In this document: one piece after another, positions 22,340-33,400 of the stretch
How positions within the stretch are numbered: position 1 is the first letter of the stretch
Layout: each line of letters begins with the position of its first letter
Assembly: GCA_965240325.2 (NCBI GenBank)
Contig: OZ251224.1
Coordinates: 1,426,001 to 1,490,000 of the forward strand
Source: Rebecca billardiae RCC1528
Taxonomy: Eukaryota > Protista > Haptophyta
DNA length: 64,000 nucleotides
Reading direction: 5' to 3'
The notes under the pieces: model-generated
What the model was told of the DNA's origin: nothing
Database searches by the model: none
The model's input: only the letters and a program-made list of their open reading frames with translations
Position numbers and translations under genes: made by a program

Positions 22340-25300
22340 ATGCTCCGTGCCCTGCGCCGCCGCCGCGAGGCGCGGGAGGTCCGCGAGCTCATTCTGGTGA
22401 CCGATCCGGGCCCTGATCCGGACGACGTGAAGGTATGCGCGCACGCTCTCGCCCCGCGCGCGTGGCCTGGATCGATGGCGCGCTCACCCACCAGCGAATT
22501 TTGTTGTCCGCAATCCGCCGTCCGCCGTCGCAGGCGATCCTGATTGTGGGCACGCTGCACAGGCGCGGCGACACCCGCCTTCGGCTTGTGGTTGCGAACG
22601 GCGGGCACCAGGCGCGGCAGCGCGCTCGGCTCGCGCGATGCGTGCTCGACGCGATCGGCGTGCGCGCCGTGCCCGTCGCGATCGGGAGCGAGGGCAAACC
22701 ATACGAGCCGGTGGCGCACGAGTACGCGCTCGATGGGTACGAGGCGGTGGACGAGTCGCGGCTCGAGGCCGACGGGCATGGCGCGATGGTGCGCGCGCTC
22801 GAGAGCGCGCGGCCCAAGTCCGTCACCGTCGTATGCATCTCCAGCCTGCGCGACCTCGCCGACGTGCTCAGCGCGCGGCCCGAGCTCGCGCTCGAGAAGC
22901 TCGAGAGAGTCGCGGTGCAGGCGGGCGTCGAGTTCGACCCGAGGGTGGGCAAGTGGGTGCCGGACACGTCGGTGAACAACGGGTTCGACCCCGAGGCGGC
23001 GGCGGCCGTGTACGACTTCTGCTTCGGCCGCGGGCTGCCGCTGACCGTTGTCTCGCGTCACGCGGTGCCGCTGCTGCCGATGCAGCTCGCGCGCTCGTTC
23101 GCCGAGCGCACGGCGTCGCCGCTGATGGCGTACCTCGCGAACGCGCAGTTCCTCGGGCTGGAGGGGCTGTGGCGCAAGCTGTGCGAGGGCAAGCTGCCCG
23201 CGCGCTGCTCCAAGCAGTGGTACTTTGAGACCTTCTGCGGCGTGGGCGCCAAGACGTTTGCAGCCAAGCGCTATGCCGAGCTCGATGCCCACACCGCCAT
23301 CGTCCGGTACCTGAACGGGTACGTGAAGCCGTACGACGTGCTCGCGCTGATGGCGGTGCTGCCGGGGCGGCCGGGGCACGCGTTCGCGCGGTGCCAGCGC
23401 GCGGACGCCAAGCTGCCGCCCTCCGCCCCGCCGGCCGCGCACGCGCTGCACCTTTCGCCCGAGCACGCCATCGACGTCGCGCACGTGATCGGCCTGCTGC
23501 GGCACGTGTACCGTGCGTGCGCGCGGCCCGCGCGCGCGCGCGCTCGGGCGCCTCCGCGTGCCGAGAGCCACCGCGCGCGCGCCCCGCCCCGGCTGACTGC
23601 CTGACTGCCGCCCTCCTTTGCGCGCGCGCGCCGGCCCACGTCACCAGACGACATCGTGCTGTCGACCTCGGCCTCAAGCGCCGCGGGCGTGAACCCGCAG
23701 CTCGCGAGCGAGCGGCAGCTCGACCGCGCCGAGCTGCGCGTGTCCAAGGGCGCGGCGTTCACGAGCGCGCTCACGCGCGGCTCGCGCTCGCGCACGCGCG
23801 GCAGCGGCCCGGCGCACCCGCCGCTGCGCGACGCGGGCGGCGACAACCGGCTGCCGAGCGGCGCGATCATCGAGCTGCTCGACGGGAGCGTGCACGCGGC
23901 GCGCGCGCAGCTCCAGCACGTCACGCGCGTCACGGCGGGCTTCTGCGCGCTCGGCTGCATGGTCGGCGTGCCCGTGTACCTCTGGGCGGCCCGCCAGCCG
24001 CCGCCGCCGCCGGACGATCTGCAGCGCGCCGCCGCGCTGCACGCGATCGGGCTGAGCGGCCTCGGGCTCACCGTGGTCTCGTTCTGCCTGGGGCGGCTCG
24101 CGCTGCAGCCGATCGCGTCGCACATGCGCGCCACCGCCGCCTTCGCCGCGGGCGGCGTGGCGGCCGTGCTGCTGTACATGGCGAGCGCCGTGCAGCTCGG
24201 GCTCGCGCAGCTCGAGCGCTCGCCCGCGGCCTTTTTCTTCTGCGCCGCCGGCCAGCCCGGCGCCATGTACACGGTGAGCGCCGGGCTGATCTTCGCGCTG
24301 GTCGGTGTCGCGCTCGCGCTCACGCTCTACCTGGCGCATGTGTTCATGCGCACGGCGGGGCGGCCGCCGCTGCTCGCGCAGCCCGCGCGGCTGCGGGCGC
24401 TGCGCACGTTCGCCCTGGTCGCGATGAGCGCGGGCGTGCTGCCGCTCGCAGCGCTGATCGGCGCGCGCTGCGTGCTGGAGCGCGCGAGCGGCGTGGCGCA
24501 GGCGGCCATGGTGGTGCCGTACACGCTCACGATCATCCCCGTCGTCATCTGCCTGTGCTACGCGCTGCTGCTGCCGGCCACCGCCGCGCGCGCCGAGGCG
24601 CTGTTCGCGCGGTGCGCGCGCGGCCGCGCGGCCGGGCTCGCCTGCACACTCGCCCCTCTTGTGGGGTACGGCGCAGCCGACCGGCTCGAGCCCGCGCTGC
24701 TGGTGCCCGAGGCGCTGCGCTCGGTGGCGGTGGCGCGGCTGGACGGGCCGACGCTGCGCGCGCTCGTGCTCCCCACCGCCGCCTCGTCGGACGGCAGGCC
24801 GAGTGGCGGCAGCGACGACGACAGCAGCTCGGCGCGCGGCCTCAGCCCAGGCTGGCCTCAGCGGCGCGGCCGCAGGCGCCACCGCCGCGCGCCGGGCTCC
24901 GCCGCGTCGCGCATCCTGCCCACGCCCGACGCGCGGCGCTCCACGGTCGTGATCGACCTGAGCGACGAGCGCGTGCGCGCGCCCGAGCGCATCGACGCGT
25001 TTGTCGTGCACGCGCGCGCCGACTCGTCCGCTGCGCGCGCGGAGGCGCTCGGCGCGTGGGCGCACGCGTACCGCGCGGCGCACGGCGGCGCGTCGCCGCG
25101 CGTCTGGCTCGACGCGCTGTGCGCGGACCCGTTCCTGGACCGGCAGCAACAGCTCGCGCACGAGGTGGTGGCGATGTGCCGCGCGCGCACGCTGCTCTGC
25201 CTGGTCTCGCCCGCGTTCGTCGACAGCCTGGGCTGCGTCGGCAGGCTGCTCGCGTGGCGCGCGTCGGGTGGTGCCACGGCTGACATTGCGGTGGTGTGCG

Positions 25301-25602
25301 TGGGCGACACGGCGGAGAAGCGCCGCGCCGCCATCGCCGCGGTGGATGCGTTCCACGTGCTGTACGCCTCCGCGGCACCGCGCGGCGCAGGCGGCGACGC
25401 CGGGGAGGACGCCGAGGACGCCGCCCTGGAGGCGCGCGCGCTCGTGCACGCGGTCCGGCTGACGGGCGTCGCGCGCGCCAACGCCGAGGTGCGCGCTCTG
25501 CTGCCCGCCGTGCAGCGCGCCGCGGAGCGTGCGGACACGGCGGCGGCGGCTGCTGCTGCTGATGACGACGTCAACGACGAGGCTACGACTGATGCTGTGT
25601 GA
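22340..25602 (+). CDS. Nucleoside hydrolase-like domain + multi-pass TM region + TIR-like domain fusion (~1008 aa); exons 22340-22432, 22534-23512, 23648-25602
   Basis: LILVTDPGPDPDDVK|AIL motif, plus SVNNGFDPEAA and PYDVLA. About six hydrophobic helices. TIR-like IDAFVVHARAD...RVWLDALC...LLCLVSPAFVDSLGCV. Introns 22433-22533 and 23513-23647 give 3027 nt in one frame. Confidence 0.8.
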
Positions 25603-25805
25603 CTCTTTGGAGGCGACGATGGACGTTGGTTGTCTGCTGACAGTAGAGCAAGGGCAGTAGTAGGAGAGGCCACCCGAGCGGATCGGAAAGTTGAATGATG
25701 ACGACGAACGAAGTTGGGACCCAACCCGAGCACAGCCGGCCGTGCGCCGCCCGGACGTGCTGAGCGCTCGAGCTCCCTCGTGCGGCCGCCAGTCGGGCTG
25801 CGAGA

Positions 25806-27170
25806 ATGCCGGTCGTCGACGTGCAGGGTGCGCCGTCGTCGTCCGCCGTGTGGGTGGATGCGTCGACGCTCCACGCCCTCCACGACGCCATGGACGCCGC
25901 TCGCCGACCCCGCGACGCCGCGCAGGGCGACGATGCGCTCGAGCGGTTGCGAGAGCTCTCTGTCGGTGAGATCGCGCTGGCCGAGCCGGAGCTTGAGCTC
26001 GAGCGGCCGCTGGGCGAGGGCGCGTTCTCCACCGTATCGCTCTGCATGCTGCGCGTTGGGCAGGCCGACCCTCGCTTCGAGGCCCTCACGCGCGCGTTCC
26101 CGACCGGCATGGTGGCGGTGAAGCGCATGAAGCCGATGGAGATGGCCGCAGGCGCGGCTGGCCCGGACAAGAGCCAGCGCGGCGCGGAGGTGGCCCTTCG
26201 CATGGAGGCAACCGTGCTCAAGTCGCTCAACCACCCCAACCTCGTCGGCTGCATCGGCTGCTTCGGCACGCCCACAGCGGCTGCGCCCTTCCTCGCCCTC
26301 GAGTTCCTCCCAGGGGGCTCGCTGCGCGACGCGGTGGCGCGGAGGCGGTACGAGGGCGTGCAGGCGCTCGCGTGGACGCTCGACGTCGCGCGGGCCATGA
26401 GCCACCTCCACCAGGCCGCCGAGCTCGCCACGCCCCCCCCGCGCGCCGGCGCTGCCGCCTCGGGCTCTGGCCCGGCCGCCGGCCCGGCCGCGTCCGTGCA
26501 CGTGATGCACCGAGATCTCAAGCTGGAGAACGTGCTGCTCAGCGCGGACGGCACGGCGAAGGTGTGCGACCTCGGCCTCGCGCGGGTGGTGGTGCCGCGC
26601 GGCTCGGCGCCCACTCGCGACGACGCCGACCCGGCGCCGGCGGCGGACCCGGCGGACGTGCAGATCGCGCTGGCGGACGCGGCGCCGGCAGCTGCCGAGC
26701 AGCGCGGCCGCGGCCCGCCGGGCGGCGGCGGCGGCGGCGGCGCGGACGGCGACGTGGTGTACACGGCACCGACGGGCTCGGAGCGGTACATGGCGCCGGA
26801 GAACTGGCGCGGGCACGGGCGGTACTCGCGCAAGGTGGACGTCTTCGCCTTCGGCATCCTCGCCTTCGAGCTGCTCTCGCAGGGCCGCGCGTACGAGGGC
26901 CTCTACCTGAGCTCCGAGCAGATCGTGCGCACGGTCGCCGAGCGCGGGCTGCGGCCGGCGCTGCCGTCGCGCTGGCCGGTGCGCGTCGCGACGCTGATCA
27001 CGCGCTGCTGGGACGAGGACCCCGAGCTCAGGCCCGAGTTCGCCGAGGTGGTGCACGAGCTCGAGGCGCTGCGTGACGAGTGCCCGCGCGCAGAGCTCAA
27101 CGAGCTGTTCGGCACGGGGGCGCGCCGCTCGTCCGGCCTCGGCGGGCTGTGCACGTGCGTCGTCGCCTGA
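25806..27170 (+). CDS. Protein kinase (TKL-like) with C-terminal CaaX
   Basis: LGEGAFSTV, VAVKRM, HRDLKLEN, DLG, GSERYMAPE, DVFAFG, CWDEDPELRPEF; ends LCTCVVA. Confidence 0.93.
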   Translation: MPVVDVQGAPSSSAVWVDASTLHALHDAMDAARRPRDAAQGDDALERLRELSVGEIALAEPELELERPLGEGAFSTVSLCMLRVGQADPRFEALTRAFPTGMVAVKRMKPMEMAAGAAGPDKSQRGAEVALRMEATVLKSLNHPNLVGCIGCFGTPTAAAPFLALEFLPGGSLRDAVARRRYEGVQALAWTLDVARAMSHLHQAAELATPPPRAGAAASGSGPAAGPAASVHVMHRDLKLENVLLSADGTAKVCDLGLARVVVPRGSAPTRDDADPAPAADPADVQIALADAAPAAAEQRGRGPPGGGGGGGADGDVVYTAPTGSERYMAPENWRGHGRYSRKVDVFAFGILAFELLSQGRAYEGLYLSSEQIVRTVAERGLRPALPSRWPVRVATLITRCWDEDPELRPEFAEVVHELEALRDECPRAELNELFGTGARRSSGLGGLCTCVVA

Positions 27171-27695
27171 GTGTGTCACTGACACTTTCATGAGCATTTG
27201 GTTGAGACAACAGCATTGGCTACACACAGGCCTTGCTAATCCTGAGTCCTGCGGCCGCGTGCGGATAGTTGCCGCTAAGACTGTCAGCGGTAGGCGGGTT
27301 GTCGGGAGTTGCCAGTGCCGCGGGTAACCTCGGACTGGTTCTGCACGTCCGGAAACCAGCACGTGATTCATCTACGATTATTTACGACCCAAAGGCGGGG
27401 AGATTTTAACGTACTATGATTACGGCTTAAGCGAGATATATCGGTCTGGAGATATGGTGGCTGCTATGAAGCTCGCAATCACGTCGGCTCCTGAACCTGA
27501 TCGGAGGAAGATCAATAGATGACAGATAGCAATGACGCAAATAGCCGCCAAATACCCGCATTTGTCTAGGACCCACGGCGCGGCTTCCGGACTTTCGGCA
27601 CCCGGTCGGGCGCGCAATCGGCGTGGTGAATCTGCTCACAAAGTAGTGCAGCGCACGGCACGGCGCGGCGCGAGGCCTGACGCTTGACGCCCACG

Positions 27696-29151
27696 ATGTT
27701 CAAGGGGCTGGACACGCCGAAGAAGCGCCGGCTGGCGAAGGAGAAGGAGGAGGAGTATCACAGGAGGCGTAGGATCGCTGCTGGCTTCTGCTGCTGCTGC
27801 TGCTGCGTGCTCCTCACGGCCTTCGCCATCTTTGCCATCCTGTGGTGGACACCGCTCGGTGGCCGCAACCAGGGCCCCGGCCTCGGTGGCGGTGCCACGG
27901 CGGCGCAGGAGGTGGTGCTCTCGCCGCTTCCCCCGCCCTCCCCGCCGGCACCGCCGGCACCGCCGCCCTCCCCGCCCTCCCCGCCCTCCCCGCCCGGGAA
28001 ACCGCCGCCGCCGCCGCACTCGCCACCGCAGCCGCCGTCGATGCCGCACCCGCCACCCCAGCCGCCGTCGCCGCACTCGCCGCCCCCGCCGTCGCCGCCC
28101 GCGCCCCCGTCGCCGCCTTGGTTCAGCTCGTACGGAGGGCTGCAGTACGCGTACTCGTACGTGAACGCGGCCGGCAGCGAGGCGAAGCCGGGCGGCACCG
28201 ACAACGAGGTCTCTGTGCGCATCTTCGACGTGGACGGCAACCCGATGGAGAAGTACGTGCTCTACCCGGACGGCGTCCCGCACATGGCGAACGAGCCGGT
28301 GGAGCGGCGCGACCTGCTGATGGCGATCGACTGGTCCAAGGTGGGCGACTTCCAGTTCGAGCTGCAGGGCGTCGACGGCGCCAAGCTGGGCAAGATCTTC
28401 ATGATCCTCGTCTTCGAGCACGCCATGATCCGCGTGTTCCCCAAGTTCAGGGCGTTCCCCAAGGGCGGCGTCGACTCGATCGTCTTCGAGCCCGGCACGG
28501 CCTCCGGCGAGGGCGTCAAGGTGCCCACGTCCAAGATCAAGTGGGGCCAGGCCAAGTGCGACATCAAGCTCGTGGGCGGTCCGAACACGGCGGGGGCGAA
28601 GCTGTACGCGCAGATCCGCGGCTACCAGCCCGGCACCGAGGACGAGGACCGCAACAACTCCACCGAGACGTTCTCGCCCAAGGTGCTGGTCGCGGACGGT
28701 CTGGAGGAGTATGAGGTGTTCCAGACGGACATCCTGCCGGACATCTGGCGCACGGCGGAGGACACGGACTGGCTGTACAAGGACGATGCCGTCATCTTCA
28801 CGGCCGAGGGAGAGGGGGTGCGTGCGCGCGCACCTGAGCGAGCGATGCGCGCGGACGAGTCGGCGCGGGCGGCTTCGCTTGTCCCGTCGGCGAGCACTCA
28901 CGTGCACCTACCCTCGCGCCCTCCCCACGCGCCGCTCGCGCCCTCAGCTGCCGGACGATATCACCTATCACCAGATCCAGCTCAATCTGACCATCTTCGG
29001 CGAGGTGGAGGGGAGCGACAAGTTCGACTTCACGGTGCCCACCAAGGACGACCACCGGCACGAGTACTTCTACTCAGCCATGGAGGAAGAGACCGCCGAG
29101 GCGCGTCGCATGATGATGACGAGCGACAGTCTCTGGATGAACTCAAAGTGA
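27696..29151 (+). CDS. Type II membrane protein with poly-Cys TM, Ser/Pro-rich stalk and unknown globular domain; exons 27696-28817 and 28948-29151
   Basis: Basic N-tail, GFCCCCCCVLLTAFAIFAILWW, (SPPP)n stalk, then a globular domain; phase-0 intron 28818-28947. Confidence 0.8.
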
Positions 29152-29342
29152 GCCGCCGCATGCGGGGCTGGTGATGGCCAATCGGGCAATCGCCACCGCC
29201 GGGCGCCACGGTGCACGTCAGCACGTTCATCACTTCGGCCAGAACCGATCGGATGGCCGGCGATCGGCTACGCGCAGAACTTTGCATGCCGCCATGTTTT
29301 GACATAGTTTTGACGATATGATTCATTATTATGAATGGTCCT

Positions 29343-29910
29343 GGCTCCGGCTCCGGTCCACCCCCCCCCCAGCTCCGTTACGTCTTGGCGGTTGGCCCCG
29401 AGCCGAAGTCAACGCAACGGCTTGAAACGGACCCCGACCATGCAGCAGACTCTGCAGAGCCAGAGTCCCTTCTGTCTTACTTCTGACCCCCGATTTACTA
29501 CGATTGATGACTTCATCAACGAGAAATCTGAAATGGCGCATCCGACCACCTCCCAATAGGTTCAGACTCTATTTTTACTATGTAATTAACCGTCCCTTAC
29601 TCTAACTCATATTTCAGCACAGAATCCGGGAGCTGTTCCGGACACATGTATACATACGCAAAATGTCACCCGGGCTGGGTATTTAGTTATAGAAAATAGA
29701 GTCTGAACCTATATTGGAGGTGTGGCTGATGATCCATCTGGCATCTGCGGCCGTAAATGCGTAATAACTAATATCGTCCAAGGGACCGTCTGGGGTGGTC
29801 TATGAGCTATTGTAGATCATCAGAGGCTGCGATCCCGCCGATTGCATCATTGTCAATATATGTAACGCTCCAGTGACCGGACTGGGGGGGGGGGGACCGA
29901 AGCCGGAGCC
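29343..29910. mobile_element. Non-autonomous TIR element (MITE), 568 bp, apparent TCCT TSD
   Basis: TIR GGCTCCGGCT(C/T)CGGTCC-polyC-AG at both ends; TCCT at 29339-29342 and 29911-29914; internal inverted repeat TAGGTTCAGACTCTATTTT / AAAATAGAGTCTGAACCTA. Confidence 0.75.
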
Positions 29911-30210
29911 TCCTTGAATATTGACGATTTACAGCATTAGTGTGTCACAGCTGATCGCAGACACTGATGGCAGTGGTAGCAGGATTGCGGACTGACCGAC
30001 TAAGAGCTCAGAACTGCGCATGTGGTACGGAGTGTGCCTGTACTCATTCTATGATTTCACAACACAGGTAGCGGAACTACGCCACTGTCTTCGACTCACT
30101 TAACGTTCGGCAGACCCCTTACTAATTAACAAAACGGGGGCGAACCCCAATTTTATTGCTCAGGCGGCCGCAGAGGGAGGAGAAGCCGGGGACGGAAGTC
30201 GAACGATACA

Positions 30211-30360
30211 ATCTCGCCTGCCCAAGGGAGATTCACGGCTATCTCCCTTGGCCTGCCTGAGCTGTGTGCGTCTCTTATTCTGAGTAAACTGTTATCTCGC
30301 CTGCCCCGCTGCGCACCCGAGCTGTGTGCGTCTCTTATTCTTAGTATGGGGGTAAACTGT
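30211..30360 (-). repeat. Two adjacent inverted copies of the ~50-bp dispersed repeat
   Basis: ATCTCGCCTGCC...GAGCTGTGTGCGTCTCTTATTCT(G/T)AGTA...AACTGT at 30211-30292 and 30293-30360, matching the reverse complement of 14029-14166. Confidence 0.88.
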
Positions 30361-30425
30361 AGTCTGCCAATTTTTGCTCATCAATTTTTCCCGACGTAAT
30401 AACTCGTCCTGCATCTGCGAACAGC

Positions 30426-33400
30426 ATGGGGTGCGCCCAGTCCAAGCCGGCCGCGAGCGGCGGGGCTGGGGCCCCAGTCGTGTCGGCAGATCGACGCGAT
30501 GGGGCGCGCACGCGGACTCGTTCGCGAACAGACGTCACCTCGCTGTCTCCCGACGACATTCAGCTGAGTGAGGCTGCGGCGCCAGCCCCTGCGACGTCGG
30601 GCGCTGCTGCCCGTTCGGATTCGACTGGAGCGGCACCGTCGGCCACGACCGGCGAGAAGCCCAAGGCGCACGCGGTGCCGGTGGCGCCGAGGAAGGAGAC
30701 GCAAAGTGCTGTGTCAGCGAAGCAGCCTACGCCATCCGAGCCGCCCGACGCTCGTAGACGGCCGAGTGAAACGGTCCCGGCGCCCGCTGCTGGTGCGGCC
30801 GGTGGGCCGCCCGTGCACTCAAGGCGGCCCAAGCCCCCCAGATCGCACGGGGCACCGGCCGCGGCGCGTGCGCGCTCTATCGCCTCCGACACGTCTCCGA
30901 TGCCGGCCGCGCCGGCCACTGCCGCTCCCGCGGCGGAGGCACCCGCTGCACGCGACGTGCCCAGTGCGGCGCCGCATCCTTCCGCGGCGCCAACAGTGCC
31001 CTTGCTGGCGGCGAGCGGGCATCCTCCTGCCGCCGAGCCGCCGAGGCCAGCCTCGCGCGCCGCGCCAAGAGCGATCGGCACGGGCCCCGCAGCTCCGACG
31101 GCACCACCAGCCGCCGCCGCCCAGCAGCCCGTTGCGCCAGCGGTGCCTCCAGGAGCCACCCTTGAAGCTGAGCCAGCCGGCGGCGTCTCGCCGCGACGGG
31201 CGGCCGCGCCGCCGTTGGCGCCTCCCAGCAAGCCCGCCGCTCCGCCGGCGCCTCCTCCTGCCGCCGAGCTCGCGGCGCCGCCCGCTCGTGCCTCGCCGAG
31301 AGCGAGCGCTGCGGCCGAGGCCGCCTCGCCGTGGCCCCCAGCGCCGGCGCCGGCCGCGCCGATGCGCATCCAGACGCCCTCGCACGAGCCCGCGCGCGCC
31401 GCCGCGGCAGCAGCAGCGGCCGAGCTCGAGACACCGCCCGCGACGGTGCCCAGCACGCCGGTCGGCAGCGCGCGCGGCGCGCCGCCCAGGCGCGGCGAGG
31501 TGGTGCTCGCGCGTCCGTTCGGCGAGTGGCGCGCGCAGGCGCGCGTGCCGCCCACCCTGGCCGAGGCCCTCGCGCGCGCCAAGGCGCCGTTCACGGACCG
31601 CGAGTTTGGCGGCGAGCGCGCGCTCTACTGCCTCGACGCGTCGCGCGCGCCGCGCTCCTACCTGAAGGGCGGCACGCGCGCGGTGGCGTGGGTGCGCGCG
31701 GCCGAGCTCGAGCCTGCCCTCGAGCTGTGGGGCGCCGCGGCGGCGGCGAGCACGGACGGCGTGAAGCAAGGCGCGCTCGGAGACTGCTACTTCCTCTCGG
31801 CGATCGCTCGGCTCGCCGCCGAGCCCGGCACCGTGGAGCGGCTGCTGATCGACGCGGGGCCGGGCGCGATCGGCGTGCGGCTGTGCGACTACGACGGCTG
31901 GCGCACCGTGCTGGTGGACGACAGGCTCGCGGTCGACGAGCGCACGCGCCTCCCGCTCTTCTGCGCGCCGCGCGCCGCCGAGCGCGCGCTGTGGGCGTGC
32001 GCGCTCGAGAAGGCGTTTGCCAAGCTGCACGGCGCCTACCAGAACATCGAGGGCGGCGCGCCCTCGGACGCGCTCGCGTACCTCACGGCGGGGCACACGG
32101 GGACGATCCGCATCCGCTCGGTGGAGCACGAGGCGGAGGGGCAGGCGCCGAGCGGCACGCGCTGGCAGGACGCGCTCTGGCGGCGTGTCGTCGAGATGCA
32201 CCAGACCGCGCGCGGCGGGCAGCGGTGCGTGCTGCTCGCAAGCGACGTCGCGGGCTCCAAGGCGCGCGACATCGGCGACGAGAGCGCTGAGCCCGAGGAG
32301 GGCGGCGGCGGGCTGCTCAGCTCGATGGTGCGCAAGCACGCGCTCGTGCCCAGGAAGAAGCGCTGGCCCGGCATCGGCGAGATGAACGTGATCGCCGAGA
32401 CGGCCGACGACCCGGGGCACTCGTTTGCGGTGCTGCGCGTGCACGAGGGGCTCGGCCACCGGCTGCTGCGGCTGTGCAACCCGTGGGGGCGGCGCGAGTG
32501 GAAGGGCGCCTTCTCGGACAAGTCGAGCGTGTGGACGGCGGAGCTCAAGGCGGAGTTCGGCTGGGACGAGGCCAAGGGCGGCCACCGCGACGAGACCGAC
32601 GGCATCTTCTGGATGCCGTGGGCCGACTTCCTCGAGCAGTTCGAGTCGGTGTCGTACGCGTACGTGCCGGCCGAGGCGGCGCCGTCGGTGCACGTGACGA
32701 GCGAGTGGCGCGCCGAGCTGACGGCGGGCGGCGTCGAGGCGCTCGCGGGGTACAACCCCCGCTTCGTGCTCAGCTTGAATCGTGCGCGCGCGCCTGCGCG
32801 CGCTGCGGGCGCGCGCGACGCCGCGGGCAGCCCTGCACGCGTCGCGCCGTCGCCGCTGACGCACCCTCCGCCCTCCGGGCTGCCCTCGCGGCGCGCCCCG
32901 CCGCTCCGGACCGTGCCCTCAGGCCGCGCGCAGGTCTTCCTCGCGCTCACGCAGCCAGGCGTGCGGCACTTCGGCGGCGGCGGGCACCTCGAGATGTACC
33001 TCCAGGTCTTCCGCGTGGACACGGCGCGCGCCGAGCAGCCGCCGCGGCTCGAAGACAAGCTCGACGGCGGCGAGATTGCGATCTCGCACCGGCGCGGCTC
33101 GCTCGCCCTCGAGCTGGACCCAGGGGGCGGCGCCAAGACGTTTGTCCTCGTCGCCTCGCTGTGGGAGGCGGGCTGGGAGGGCTCGTTCGGGCTGACCGTG
33201 GTGCTCGCCGACGCGATGGGCGCGCCGGACGCGCGCATCGCCGTGCGCGAGCTCGAGCCGAGCGCGCCGCCCGAGGCGCACGCGCGGCTGATGCGCCGGC
33301 CCCCCGTCTGGGAGTCGTGCGCCACATGCCGGCAGCCGTGCCCGATCGGCCGCGGGGACGACTTCGAGTGGTTCCGCGGCGTGCGCTGGCACAGCGGCGC

